Assembly (NCBI RefSeq): GCF_036404135.1
Contig: NZ_DASWPE010000039.1
Coordinates: 3,219 to 67,218, forward strand
Source of the DNA: Rhodopseudomonas sp.
GTDB lineage: Bacteria; Pseudomonadota; Alphaproteobacteria; Rhizobiales; Xanthobacteraceae
Direction: 5' to 3'
Length of the DNA stretch: 64,000 nucleotides
In this document: positions 9,417 through 19,372 of the stretch, piece by piece
Position numbering within the stretch: the stretch's first letter is position 1
Layout of the letters: every line of letters begins with the position of its first letter
Translations under genes and position numbers: made by a program
The notes under the pieces: model-generated
Told to the model about the DNA's origin: nothing
Database searches by the model: none
Seen by the model: only the letters and a program-made list of their open reading frames with translations

Positions 9417-11348
9417 TCACGGCAGCTTGGTTGCGCCGGGGGCGGGCGTCAGCGTCGGGGTGCCGTCCGGCAGCATCACCGCCCAGCCATAGGTTTGCGA
9501 TTTGCCGTGGCCGAGCGGCAGCACCATGGTGCCAAGCGTCGGCGTCAGCCCTTGGAGCGCCGCGCGATACGGCGCGGGGATTTCGTCGGTCCGCGGGAAA
9601 TCCGACGTCGCCCAGATCACCAGCGTGCCGGATTGTTTCAGCCGCTCCGGGGTGATCCACGGGCTCTTGCGGAAATCGGCGTCGATGAACACCGACGGCC
9701 GCGGCGAGGCATACAGCGCCACGAAGCCGGCCTGCTTGAAATCGCCGGTGACGATATCCAGCCGGCGCAACGATTTGCTGTTCCAGATCGCCTGCATCGC
9801 GCCGGACAATTCGCGCGCCGGCCACATCTGGGTCGGCACCTGACCGCTGCCATTGGCCTTGGCGTTGACGAACACCACGTGGCCAATCGGCAGGCCGATC
9901 AGCACCAATAGCCAGATCGTCGTCACCAGCCGCGGCGCGCGCAGCACCACGGTCGACGGCAGCAGCATCACCATGGCGAGGCCTGACAGCGCCACCAGCG
10001 AGCCGCCGATTTCCGGGCGCTGGTCGACGCCGGCCCAGAACGTCATCGCGGCGATCATCAACAGCGGCAGGAACGCCGCCATCAGCACCAGCGATCGGTC
10101 GAACAGGCTCGGCCGATCAAGTTCGATCGCCACCGGCTCGCCCTGCAGCGGCAGCTTCGGAATCAGCGCCAGCAGCCCCACGACGAGGATGCCGGCGTGG
10201 TAGCCGAGTTGCGCGAACAGGAATTTCAGCCCCGCCCAGACCCGCGGCAGGAATCCTTCCACCGGCGGCCGGTCGAACGCGAAGCTGAAGGGCAGAAAAT
10301 TGCTCTGCACCAGCCAGATCAGGTTCGGCAGCAGCACCAAGAGCCCGACCAGCGCCGCGACATAGGGCCCGCGGGTCAGAAGTTGCCTGCGGCCCTGCGG
10401 CATCAGCAAGAGATGCAGCGCCAGCACCGCCAGCAGCAGCGCGCCGGAATATTTCGAATACATCAGGATCGCCGCGGCGACGCCGAACAGCACCCAGTTC
10501 GACAGTTTGTCGCCCAGCACCGCCTTGCGATAGATGTAGACGGTGGCCGCGAAGATCGGCAACTGCCCGACGTTGTGGCTGTACATCGTCACCGGCGGCC
10601 CGAAATAATAGATCAGGATGGTGAGCGCGACGGCGAGCGTCGCGCCGGTCTTGCCGACGGTCTCCGCGCCGATCAGATAGACGAAATAGAACGTCGCCAG
10701 GATCGAGCCGATCGCCAGCACGAAATGCGAGCTGATCCAGTGGAAGGTGAGCTGATAGGCGATTTCGGTCAGCCACGGCTCCAGCGGCGGGTGCTTCCAA
10801 TAGCCCCACTGCATTTCCTTGCCGAACAGGAACATCTCGTAGCTGTCGAACGGCATGCTGGGGAAGCTGACGGTGCTCGAGAACCATAGCGCGCCATAGG
10901 CCCCCATGATCCACAGCAACAGCCGGGTCGGCGAGGTCCGCAGCGCATCGAGAAAGGAATCGCAGGTCTCGGCGTAGAGCTTGGCAAACGAAAAGCCGGG
11001 CGCGGCCTTGCCGGCACCAGGCGTAGCCTGCGCTGCGCCGGCGGCGGGCGCTGCGGTCGCGGTCGGCTTGGCGGCCTTGGCCCGCGGCGCTGCTGCGGCG
11101 CCAGCTTGCGGCGGCACGGCGCGGGGGGCAGGCGCGGCAGCGCGTTGCTCCGCGATGGCGGCCGGCGCCGGGCCGACCGCGGCCGAAGCCTCGCCGGCCG
11201 CAGCCGCCGTCACCGGCTTCGGCGCAGCGCGCTGGGCCGCTGGCGGCGCGGAACCGTGACGCTTCTTCGGCGGCCGGTGCTTGGGCTTCTTGCGCTTAAT
11301 GCTCGTCGTCCTAAGGCAGAGCGGCGCGCAACCGGCGAGCGGGCGCAA
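9417..11348 (-). CDS. GT-C fold membrane glycosyltransferase (family 39/ArnT-like); start uncertain
   Basis: WGYWKHPPL, SKY and PNLIWL motifs, many TM helices; Lys/Ala/Pro-rich N-terminal extension. Confidence 0.8.
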   Translation of the reverse strand: MRPLAGCAPLCLRTTSIKRKKPKHRPPKKRHGSAPPAAQRAAPKPVTAAAAGEASAAVGPAPAAIAEQRAAAPAPRAVPPQAGAAAAPRAKAAKPTATAAPAAGAAQATPGAGKAAPGFSFAKLYAETCDSFLDALRTSPTRLLLWIMGAYGALWFSSTVSFPSMPFDSYEMFLFGKEMQWGYWKHPPLEPWLTEIAYQLTFHWISSHFVLAIGSILATFYFVYLIGAETVGKTGATLAVALTILIYYFGPPVTMYSHNVGQLPIFAATVYIYRKAVLGDKLSNWVLFGVAAAILMYSKYSGALLLAVLALHLLLMPQGRRQLLTRGPYVAALVGLLVLLPNLIWLVQSNFLPFSFAFDRPPVEGFLPRVWAGLKFLFAQLGYHAGILVVGLLALIPKLPLQGEPVAIELDRPSLFDRSLVLMAAFLPLLMIAAMTFWAGVDQRPEIGGSLVALSGLAMVMLLPSTVVLRAPRLVTTIWLLVLIGLPIGHVVFVNAKANGSGQVPTQMWPARELSGAMQAIWNSKSLRRLDIVTGDFKQAGFVALYASPRPSVFIDADFRKSPWITPERLKQSGTLVIWATSDFPRTDEIPAPYRAALQGLTPTLGTMVLPLGHGKSQTYGWAVMLPDGTPTLTPAPGATKLP

Positions 11349-11477
11349 CCGATCGTGGTGGTCACCGACGACGTTTTAATCAAATCGCCCGGCAAGGCAA
11401 TCGGCCGGGGCTTGCGGCGCGACGCCGGGCGCACGGGGGCACCGTTCGGGCGCGACTTGCCCACAGCGCAAGCGCGG

Positions 11478-11834
11478 TCAGCCTTCGCCGAGCCGCATCT
11501 TGATCTTGCGCTTCAGCGCACGCTGGATCTTTTCGCTCTTGCGCAGCCGCTCGCCGAGGTCGGAGGCCTGGACGTCGTCGTCGAACGCCACGCCCACCGC
11601 TTCGGTGCTGCGCCAGACGATGTTGGCCAGGAACGAGCGGCCCTTGTGCGCGATACGCAGGCCGATCGCATTGGGCAGGCCAATGGTGCTCTCGAATTCC
11701 AGGCGGGCACCGCTACTGGACATGTTGCGCACGATGCAGTCGCGGGTGACGCCGCTGTCGCTTCGCGACGCAATCGCGCCGTACAGCACTTTGTCGCGCA
11801 AGTTTCGACGCCGATCGATCGTCATTGCCGCCAT
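11478..11834 (-). CDS. PilZ domain (c-di-GMP-binding) protein
   Basis: RRRNLR (RxxxR) and NMSSSGA (D/NxSxxG) motifs. Confidence 0.9.
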   Translation of the reverse strand: MAAMTIDRRRNLRDKVLYGAIASRSDSGVTRDCIVRNMSSSGARLEFESTIGLPNAIGLRIAHKGRSFLANIVWRSTEAVGVAFDDDVQASDLGERLRKSEKIQRALKRKIKMRLGEG

Positions 11835-11942
11835 CCCGCGTTGAAAACGCGACCCTACGCTTCTGGCGGCGCGAGGGAAGGCGGCGCGCCGGGTTAGCTG
11901 GCGTTAGGGTAAATGATGGCCGACATGATGCCGGGGATCGGC

Positions 11943-12878
11943 CTAGGTGACTCCGTCGCGAACGGCGCGGGCGCGCTGTTTCTGGGCGTCGAACTCGCGC
12001 CGCCGCCGCGCCAGTTCCTCACGGCTCATCGCGTCGACATTGTTGTAGTCGCGCTTCCAGGACGGGTCATCGCGCCAGCGTAGCGGCGATTGCATCGTGG
12101 TCTGCGGGCCGGGCGTGGATTCCAGCAAACGCAGCGCCAGTTCCAGCGTCAAGGCCTGCGAGTCCGGGTCATGTGGCCTGCCGGCGGAATTGCCGAGCGG
12201 GAAGTCGCTGAACAAAAACCGCGGCACCGCGGCGTGTTCGACGATGTCCTTGGCGCAGCCCATCACCACGGTGGCGATGCCGTTCGCCTCCAGCTGCCGC
12301 GCCACCAGGCTGACGGTCTGATGGCACACCGGGCAGTTCGGCACCAGAACGACCGCGTCGACGCGATCGCCGCGACAGCGCGAGAGGATCTCCGGCGCAT
12401 CGGTCTCCAGCGTGACCCGATGGCTGCGGTTGGTCGGCGCGCCGAAGAACCGCGGCGCCACCTCGCCGATGCGTCCGGCCGCGGCGAGGCGCTTGAGCTG
12501 CGGCAGCGGAAACCAGCAATTGCTGTCCTCGGCGGTCGTGTGGATACGGTCATAGGCGATGTGGGAAATGCGCAGATCGTGCGGCCGTGCGGTGTCGCCG
12601 TCATAGACCTGATAGAACTTGGCTTCGCCATTGTAAGGCGCGCCCGGGCCCTGGTCGCCTTTCGCCGGATCGAACGGCGCCGCGGTGGTGACGAGCGCGA
12701 CGCGGGCCTGCGCCAGCGGCTTGCGCAGCGGATGGAACGGCGCGCCGATATGATGCGCCCAGCGATACGGCTCGGTGTAGCCGATTGCGGTGTAATACGC
12801 GCGGGTGCGCGCCATATAGGGGATCGGCACGTCGTCCTCGGCAGCGAAACCGGGTTGCTCACGCAGCGTTACAGCCAT
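11943..12878 (-). CDS. Glycine/sarcosine/betaine/D-proline reductase selenoprotein-B family protein, Cys form
   Basis: VALVTTAA, DSNCWFPL, VLVPNCPVCHQTV, PR...FPLG motifs of the GrdB/PrdB family. Confidence 0.75.
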   Translation of the reverse strand: MAVTLREQPGFAAEDDVPIPYMARTRAYYTAIGYTEPYRWAHHIGAPFHPLRKPLAQARVALVTTAAPFDPAKGDQGPGAPYNGEAKFYQVYDGDTARPHDLRISHIAYDRIHTTAEDSNCWFPLPQLKRLAAAGRIGEVAPRFFGAPTNRSHRVTLETDAPEILSRCRGDRVDAVVLVPNCPVCHQTVSLVARQLEANGIATVVMGCAKDIVEHAAVPRFLFSDFPLGNSAGRPHDPDSQALTLELALRLLESTPGPQTTMQSPLRWRDDPSWKRDYNNVDAMSREELARRRREFDAQKQRARAVRDGVT

Positions 12879-12970
12879 AACTTTGCCCCGGCTTCGATCA
12901 TGCAGGCGATTGTTGTCGCGCTGCGCCTGGTGTCAAGTCGCAGCGTGCGCGGTCACACGCCGCATTCGAA

Positions 12971-14086
12971 ATGGACCTGTTGATGCCGGCACCTCGCGCC
13001 TTGCGATCGGTTGTTTGTTTGCTGATGCTGGGCGCGCTGAGCGTCGGCGTACCGCTGCGCGCCGAAGATGCGCCGCTAGGCAGCGACGCAAGGACCAAGG
13101 AGGCGCCCGCCGCGGCGGCGCCGAGCGGCGAGGCCGAGCCGAAGCAGGACGCTCAGCCGCAACAGTCTCAGCAGCAACAGCCTCAACAAGCATCGCCGCC
13201 GCAGCAGCCCGAACAAGCGCCGCCACAGCAAGCCTCGCCACCGCAAGCCTCGCTACCGGCTGAGGTCGCGGGCAACGGCGACACCCGCGAGGCGATCTGC
13301 CTGATGATCGAATCCGCCGCCAAGGCGCATGATTTGCCGCTGGAGTTTTTCGCCCGCGTGATCTGGCAGGAAAGCCGGTTCCAGCCCGACGCGATTGGCC
13401 CGTTGACCCGCAGCGGCAGCCGCGCCCAGGGCATCGCGCAGTTCATGCCCGGCACCGCCAGCGAGCGGCGGCTGCTCGATCCGTTCGATCCGGTGCAGGC
13501 GCTGCCGAAATCCGCGGAATTCCTGAGCGAATTTCGCGGCCAGTTCGGCAATCTCGGGCTGGCGGCTGCGGCCTATAATGCCGGGCCGCGCCGGGTGCAG
13601 GACTGGATCGCCGGCTCCGGTTATCTGCCACAGGAGACCCGCAACTACGTCTCCGCCATCACCGGCACCTCGGTCGACGACTGGGCGGCGATCGGCCGCA
13701 ACGGCAAGGCCGCCGAACCGGCGCCGCCGACCAGTTGCCGGACGCTGATGGCGCTGTTGACGCGGGCGCCCAATCCGTTCGTGACCCAGCTCGCCGAGCG
13801 GGTGAAACTCGGGGCGGATCGGCCATGGGGCGTGCAGCTGGCGGCCGGCTTCAATCGCGACCGCGCATTGTCGCTCTATGCCCGCGCGATGTCGCGGCTC
13901 GGTTCGGTGATCGGCGATCAGGACCCGAATCTGTTGAGTTCGGTGTGGCGCAGCCGCGGCACGCGTACCTTCTATCAGGTGCGGATCGGCGCCGACAGCC
14001 GCGTCGTGGCGGACAATCTCTGCGGCAAGATCCGCCGCGCCGGCGGCGCCTGCTTGGTGTTGCGCAATGCGCGGTTGAACGGCTGA
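12971..14086 (+). CDS. Lytic transglycosylase (SLT) with C-terminal SPOR-like domain
   Basis: IWQESRF, GIAQFMP and AAAAYNAG motifs; Gln/Pro-rich linker. Confidence 0.9.
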   Translation: MDLLMPAPRALRSVVCLLMLGALSVGVPLRAEDAPLGSDARTKEAPAAAAPSGEAEPKQDAQPQQSQQQQPQQASPPQQPEQAPPQQASPPQASLPAEVAGNGDTREAICLMIESAAKAHDLPLEFFARVIWQESRFQPDAIGPLTRSGSRAQGIAQFMPGTASERRLLDPFDPVQALPKSAEFLSEFRGQFGNLGLAAAAYNAGPRRVQDWIAGSGYLPQETRNYVSAITGTSVDDWAAIGRNGKAAEPAPPTSCRTLMALLTRAPNPFVTQLAERVKLGADRPWGVQLAAGFNRDRALSLYARAMSRLGSVIGDQDPNLLSSVWRSRGTRTFYQVRIGADSRVVADNLCGKIRRAGGACLVLRNARLNG

Positions 14087-14169
14087 CGATCAAGCAAAGC
14101 GTCAGGCGCCGGCTTGACGGCCGGCCTTTCGGTCCGCCAATACGACGCTTCACGCAATCGACGGGCATC

Positions 14170-14907
14170 ATGGCGCTTGCTGATCTCGATTCGCCAAAAT
14201 GGCAGACTGCGGCCGGCGCTTTCAGGCAGGGCCTGCGCGCGGTGACGACCTCGGTGCTGACGGCGGTGCTGTTTGCGACCTATCTCGGCATCGGCGCGCT
14301 GGCGCACGATACGCATTTCAGCCTCGGCTGGGTGCTGGCGTCGACCTTGTTTGTCTGGGCCGGTCCGGCGCAGATCATCCTGATCTCGACGCTGGCTTCG
14401 GGGGCGACCGTGGCGCAGGCCGCGATCGCGGTCACGGTGAGCGCGATCCGCCTGTTTCCGATGGTGGTCGCGGTGCTGCCGATGATGCGTACCGCCACCA
14501 CCAGAAAGCGGCAACTGATCCTGCCTTCGCATTTCATCGCGGTGACGCTGTGGGTGGAGTGCTTCCGGCTGTTTCCGATGGTGCCGCGCCAGGCGCGGAT
14601 CGCCTTCACCCTTGGCCTGGGCTGTGGCCTGGTCTCGGTCTGCCTGGTCGCCAATGTGGTCGGCTTTCAGCTCGCGGCCAATCTGCCGCAATTGTTCGGC
14701 GCCGCGATCCTGCTGCTGACGCCGCTGGCGTTCCTGCTGTCGACCGCGCGCAACTGCCGCGAACTCGCGGACGTCGCAGCGCTCGGGCTGGGACTAGCGC
14801 TGTTTCCGCTGGTGTCGCTGCTCAACACCGGCGTTGACATCCTGATCAGCGGCGTCGCTGCCGGCAGCATCGCTTACGGCGTGCATGTCTGGAGACGGCG
14901 GCGATGA
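14170..14907 (+). CDS. azlC: AzlC family branched-chain amino acid exporter
   Basis: FVWAGPAQ motif, multi-TM, ATGA overlap with the next gene. Confidence 0.8.
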   Translation: MALADLDSPKWQTAAGAFRQGLRAVTTSVLTAVLFATYLGIGALAHDTHFSLGWVLASTLFVWAGPAQIILISTLASGATVAQAAIAVTVSAIRLFPMVVAVLPMMRTATTRKRQLILPSHFIAVTLWVECFRLFPMVPRQARIAFTLGLGCGLVSVCLVANVVGFQLAANLPQLFGAAILLLTPLAFLLSTARNCRELADVAALGLGLALFPLVSLLNTGVDILISGVAAGSIAYGVHVWRRRR

Positions 14908-15249
14908 GCGAGTTCATCGGCGATTGGCACGCGCTGGTGGTGCTACTCGTGGCCGGCTTTCTGCCGAACGAGGTGTGGCGGATGCTCGGGTTGTGGCTCG
15001 GCCACGGGCTCGACGAAGCCTCCGAAATCCTGGTGTGGGTGAGGGCGGTGGCGACCGCGATCCTCGCCGGCGTGATCGCCCAGATCTTGGTGCTGCCGCC
15101 CGGTGCGCTGGCCAGCGTGCCGGGCCCGCTGCGCTATGGCGCGGTCGCCGTGGGGCTGGTGGTGTTCGTCGTGGCGCGCCCGCTCCATCCTGCTCGGCGT
15201 GCTGGCAGGCGAGGCGACCATGCTGATCGGCAAATGGGCGCTCGGATAG
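14904..15249 (+). pseudogene. azlD: AzlD-domain protein with probable +1 frameshift near the 3' end (or sequencing error)
   Basis: Removing one C at 15179-15181 restores the hydrophobic tail ARRSILLGVLAGEATMLIGKWALG* (TAG 15247-15249); as read, the ORF runs to 15278. Confidence 0.65.
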
Positions 15250-15317
15250 CGCTTGCCGCGGCGGTCGCATTGGTCTAACCGCGAGATCAGCCTTGTCGCC
15301 ACAAGCTGGACTGCACC

Positions 15318-15779
15318 ATGACCTATAGTGACATCCGCGACGGCGAAATCGCCGTGACGGCGCCGCCTGCCACCGACGCCGGGCTGATCTTCATCGGCCG
15401 CGTCCGCACGCCGTGGACCTCGCGCGATCAGACGCCGCGACAGGGCGCGCTCGACGGGCCGGTGTGCCGGCTGCAGATCTTCGATCCCTGGCTGCCGGCG
15501 CTGCAGGGGCTGGAGAAATACGCCTATCTCGAAGTGCTGTATTGGCTGCATCTGTCGCGGCGCGACCTGGTGCTGCAGAAACGCCGCGGCGACGCGGCGC
15601 GCGGCACCTTCGCGCTGCGCTCGCCGCTGCGGCCCAATCCGATCGGCACCTCGCGGGTGACGCTGGTCGGCATCGAAGGCGCCAGCGTGCTGGTGCGCGG
15701 GCTGGATTGCCTCGACGACACGCCGCTGATCGATCTGAAGCCCGACCGCTTCCAGTGCGCGATGCCGGAGGGGAAGTAG
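15318..15779 (+). CDS. tsaA: tRNA m6t6A37 methyltransferase TrmO/TsaA family
   Basis: GTFALRSPLRPNPIG and GLDCLDDTPLIDLKP motifs. Confidence 0.85.
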   Translation: MTYSDIRDGEIAVTAPPATDAGLIFIGRVRTPWTSRDQTPRQGALDGPVCRLQIFDPWLPALQGLEKYAYLEVLYWLHLSRRDLVLQKRRGDAARGTFALRSPLRPNPIGTSRVTLVGIEGASVLVRGLDCLDDTPLIDLKPDRFQCAMPEGK

Positions 15780-15824
15780 CGCTCGCGCTTTCCGGTTTGG
15801 TCGATGTGCCGGGAAATAACAGGT

Positions 15825-16102
15825 CGTCATTCCGCAGGGCTATCGCATATGTATTCTCGGACTGATCCGAGCACATATCGGTGGGGATGTGGCGTCACCA
15901 TTTCCGCGGGTCGTCCCTGCGTACGCAGGGACCCATACGGCGCGAAATTGCTTTTTTGGCGCTGTGGTAAAGACCTTTTTTCCACCTCCGACGCCAGGGG
16001 GTATGGGTCCCTGCGTACGCAGGGACGACCCGCGGAGGGGCCAAGCGCGTTGCGAGATTCGGGGTTCACTCGCAGCTACGCTGCTCGCGCCCCGGAATGA
16101 CG
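15825..16102. repeat. Nested palindromic repeats (REP/MITE-like)
   Basis: Outer inverted ends CGTCATTCCG / CGGAATGACG; inner perfect 36-bp inverted repeat 15903-15938 / 16001-16036. Confidence 0.85.
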
Positions 16103-16141
16103 AGGTGACGAACGCACGATCAGGATGACGGCTTAGCCCGA

Positions 16142-16567
16142 TTAGCCCTGTAGCGCTGCGATCAATTTTGCCGCCTGCGCCTCCAGCACAGCTTCGTCTT
16201 CCTTGCGGCTGGCCGGCGGCAGCAAAGCCACGCCATCGTGGCGCGGGATCACGTGCATATGCAGGTGAAACACCACCTGGCCGCCGGCGGCTTCGGAAAA
16301 CTGCTGCACGGTGATGCCGTCGGCGTTGAACGCAGCCTTGGCGGCGCGGGCGATGGTGTGGGCGCCGCGCGCGACATGGGCAAAATCCTCCGCGGAAATG
16401 TCGAGGATGTTGCGTGCCTTAGCCTTCGGCAACACCAGCGTATGGCCGGGCGCGCGCGGCATGATGTCGAGAAACGCCAGCACGTGGTCGTTCTCATAGA
16501 CCTTGTAGCAGGAGAATTCGCCGCGCAGAATCTTGGCGAAGATGTTGTCGGGATCATAGGCGGTCAT
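16142..16567 (-). CDS. HIT family hydrolase
   Basis: GQVVFHLHMHVIPR histidine triad. Confidence 0.95.
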   Translation of the reverse strand: MTAYDPDNIFAKILRGEFSCYKVYENDHVLAFLDIMPRAPGHTLVLPKAKARNILDISAEDFAHVARGAHTIARAAKAAFNADGITVQQFSEAAGGQVVFHLHMHVIPRHDGVALLPPASRKEDEAVLEAQAAKLIAALQG

Positions 16568-16618
16568 GACGACTCCGGAAATTGACGGAGGCGACTGTCG
16601 CCGCCGCGCGGGGCGCGG

Positions 16619-17836
16619 TCAAGACGGCTCGTCGGCGGCTTTGCGGAACGGCCCGGCCTCGGTGAGTTCGCGCGCCGCCGCGGCGACATAGGCGCGCTCC
16701 TGCTTTAGGTAGTCCGCGACCGCGCGGCGCAGCGCCGGATCGGCGATGTAATGCGCCGAATAGGTGGTTTGCGGCAGGTAGCCGCGCGCGATCTTGTGCT
16801 CGCCCTGCGCGCCGGCCTCGACCGTGGCAAGGCCGCGCGCAATGGCGAAGTCGATCGCCTGATAGTAGCAGACCTCGAAATGCAAAAACGGGTGGTGTTC
16901 GATCGCGCCCCAGTGTCGGCCGAACAGCGTGTCGCCGCCGATGAAATTGATCGCCCCGGCGATGAAGCGGCCGTTGCGCTTCGCCATCACCAAGAGAACA
17001 TGCTCGCTCATGGTGCGGCCGATCTCGCTGTAGAACGCGCGGGTCAGATAGGGCCGGCCCCATTTGCGCGACCCGGTGTCCATGTAGAATTCGAAGAACG
17101 CGTCCCAGGCCTCTTCGGTGATCGCGGCGCCGGTCAACGCCTCGATGCTGATGCCGTCGACCAAAGCGTCGCGGCGCTCGCGCTTGATCGCCTTGCGATG
17201 CCGCGACGCCAGCGTGGCGAGAAAATCGTCGAAGCTGCGATAGCCGGCATTGTGCCAGTGAAATTGCTGGTCGGTGCGCTGCAGGAAGCCCTGCTGCGCC
17301 AGAAATCTCCATTCGGCTTCGCGGGCGAAGGTGACGTGCACCGAGGACGCCTTGCTGACGTCGCACAGCGCGATCAGGCCGTTGGCCAGCGCGGTGCCGA
17401 CCTCTGCGGCGTCGACGCCGGCGCGGATCAACAGCCGCGGCCCGGTCGCTGGCGTGAACGGCACCGAGACCTGCAGCTTCGGATAATAGCGGCCGCCGGC
17501 GCGCTGATAGGCATCGGCCCAGCCGCGGTCGAACACGTATTCACCCTGCGAATGCGACTTCAGGTAGCACGGCACGATGCCGACCACGCTGTCCTCCTGC
17601 CGGGCCACGAGATGGCGCGGGCCCCAGCCGGTGCGGGCGCAGGCCGATTTCGAGGCCTCCAGGGCGGCGAAGAAGGCGTGCGAGGTGAACGGATTGAACG
17701 ACGCGGCAGGGACGCAGACGCTGTTGCCCGGCGAGGCCCCGGGTTGCAGCGGCGCGACCGCGCAGGCGTCCCACTCTTCGGCCGCAATCTGGCTGACCGA
17801 GCCCACCGCTTCGAGCGAGATCTCCGGCGAGGTCAT
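16619..17836 (-). CDS. GNAT/FemAB-like N-acetyltransferase family protein
   Basis: KSHSQGEYVFD, YYPKL, PFTPATG and EAGAQGEHK motifs. Confidence 0.85.
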   Translation of the reverse strand: MTSPEISLEAVGSVSQIAAEEWDACAVAPLQPGASPGNSVCVPAASFNPFTSHAFFAALEASKSACARTGWGPRHLVARQEDSVVGIVPCYLKSHSQGEYVFDRGWADAYQRAGGRYYPKLQVSVPFTPATGPRLLIRAGVDAAEVGTALANGLIALCDVSKASSVHVTFAREAEWRFLAQQGFLQRTDQQFHWHNAGYRSFDDFLATLASRHRKAIKRERRDALVDGISIEALTGAAITEEAWDAFFEFYMDTGSRKWGRPYLTRAFYSEIGRTMSEHVLLVMAKRNGRFIAGAINFIGGDTLFGRHWGAIEHHPFLHFEVCYYQAIDFAIARGLATVEAGAQGEHKIARGYLPQTTYSAHYIADPALRRAVADYLKQERAYVAAAARELTEAGPFRKAADEPS

Positions 17837-17935
17837 CGATCGACAGACCGGGCAACAGGATCGGGCAAATCGGGATCGAGCATCGTCGGCGCCATCCTGC
17901 AGATTTGTGCATTGCCCGCGGCAGTTCAAGATCGC

Positions 17936-18688
17936 TCAGGCGTCCGGGCGGAATCCTTCGAAAATCATCTGATCGGCGTAGCGCGCGGCGCGCTGCCGCT
18001 GCTCCGGCGTCCGTACCGTCCAGGTCAACAGCGCACAGCCGAACAGCTTGCGCGCGATCCACGGCGCCGGCGCCGGCAGATCGCGCACCCAATAGGCGAC
18101 GAAATGCGGCCGGGTCTGCAGGCCATGGCGCAATTGCAGCATGCCCTGGCGCTGCGCCGGCGTGAGCTGTTGCCACTCGGCGTCGTCATAGCGGCGCTGC
18201 GCGGTGATGCCGCGCAGCAGTTGCGGCATCGCTTCGCGCAAGGCCAGCACCTGGTCGGGATCGAACGACATCGCCGCCACCGGGCCGCGATAGCGCGTCA
18301 GCACCTGCGCCATCCGCGCCACCAGCCGGCGGTCGCCGTCGAAATGGCTCTTCACCTCGAGCAGCAGCGGCACCGCGCCGTCGACCAGGGCGCACAGATC
18401 GCCGAGTGTCATCATCCGCTCCGCCGTCTCCTTGAACGGCACCTGCTTCAGCTGTGCCGCGGTCAGGTCGTGCAGCGCGCCGCGGCCTTCGGTGAGGCGC
18501 CCCAGCGCGTCGTCGTGATGCACCATGGCCTCGCCGTCGGCCGACAATTGCAGGTCGACCTCGATGCCGAACCGCCCGGCCACCGCCGCGGTGACCGCGC
18601 CCGGCATGTTCTCGACCACGCCGCGGGCGCGATCATGCAGCCCGCGATGCGCGATCGGCCGTGCGGTCAACCAGTCCGGCGCGCGCAT
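17936..18688 (-). CDS. Glycerophosphodiester phosphodiesterase
   Basis: IAHRG, EN, IEVD, HHD and EVK motifs. Confidence 0.9.
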   Translation of the reverse strand: MRAPDWLTARPIAHRGLHDRARGVVENMPGAVTAAVAGRFGIEVDLQLSADGEAMVHHDDALGRLTEGRGALHDLTAAQLKQVPFKETAERMMTLGDLCALVDGAVPLLLEVKSHFDGDRRLVARMAQVLTRYRGPVAAMSFDPDQVLALREAMPQLLRGITAQRRYDDAEWQQLTPAQRQGMLQLRHGLQTRPHFVAYWVRDLPAPAPWIARKLFGCALLTWTVRTPEQRQRAARYADQMIFEGFRPDA

Positions 18689-18699
18689 CGGCGGTTTCC

Positions 18700-19167
18700 T
18701 CAGGCGACTTCGAACACCGCGTCGACCTCGACCGCGGCGTCGGCCGGCAACGCGGCGACGCCGACCGCGGCGCGGGCGTGGCGACCCTTGTCGCCGAACG
18801 CCGCGACCATCAGGTCTGAGGCGCCGTTCACCACTTTCGGAGCGTCGATGAAATCCGGCGCCGAATTGACGAAGCCGCCGAGCCGCACCACGCGCACCAC
18901 CTTGTCGAGGTCGCCGAGCGCTGCCTTGACCTGCGCCAGGATATTGACGGCGCAGCCGCGCGCCGCGGCGACGCCCTGTTCGATGCTGACGTCGGCGCCG
19001 AGCTTGCCCTTGGCGATCAGCTGGCCCTGCGGATCGAAGCAGACCTGACCGGAGACGAACAGCAGATTGCCGGAACGGACGAAGCCGACATAGTTCGCAA
19101 CCGGGCTCGCCGGCTCGTGCAGCACCACGCCCTGCGCCGCAAGTTTCTGCTCAACCGTTCCTGCCAT
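18700..19167 (-). CDS. RidA/YjgF family protein
   Basis: PVANY, SGQ, NGASD and GRHARAAVG motifs. Confidence 0.9.
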   Translation of the reverse strand: MAGTVEQKLAAQGVVLHEPASPVANYVGFVRSGNLLFVSGQVCFDPQGQLIAKGKLGADVSIEQGVAAARGCAVNILAQVKAALGDLDKVVRVVRLGGFVNSAPDFIDAPKVVNGASDLMVAAFGDKGRHARAAVGVAALPADAAVEVDAVFEVA

Positions 19168-19372
19168 GCTGATCCCCGATGATTGTTATGTCGCGACCCG
19201 CCGCAGGCCGCGAACGGGGGACTCCCTGTTTCGCGCAAAGCGCCGCGACATGCAAGCAAGCCCGGAACCAGTCGCAACCCGTGAAAAATCGCGCCGCTAT
19301 CCGCGTTCGAGCCATGGTTGCGGCGCAATGCGGGAGCCAGTATTCTCGCGGTTTCAACGCAGGGGAGGTGTG

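Noticed and set aside
12320-12345. Selenocysteine recoding in the GrdB-like gene
   Set aside because: The codon is TGC; there is no in-frame TGA
16751-19048. Long antisense or alternate-frame ORFs (this 765-aa one, 22458-24398, 35175-37034, 39449-41332 and others)
   Set aside because: Shadows of real genes in high-GC DNA; Arg/Gly-rich with no recognisable motifs
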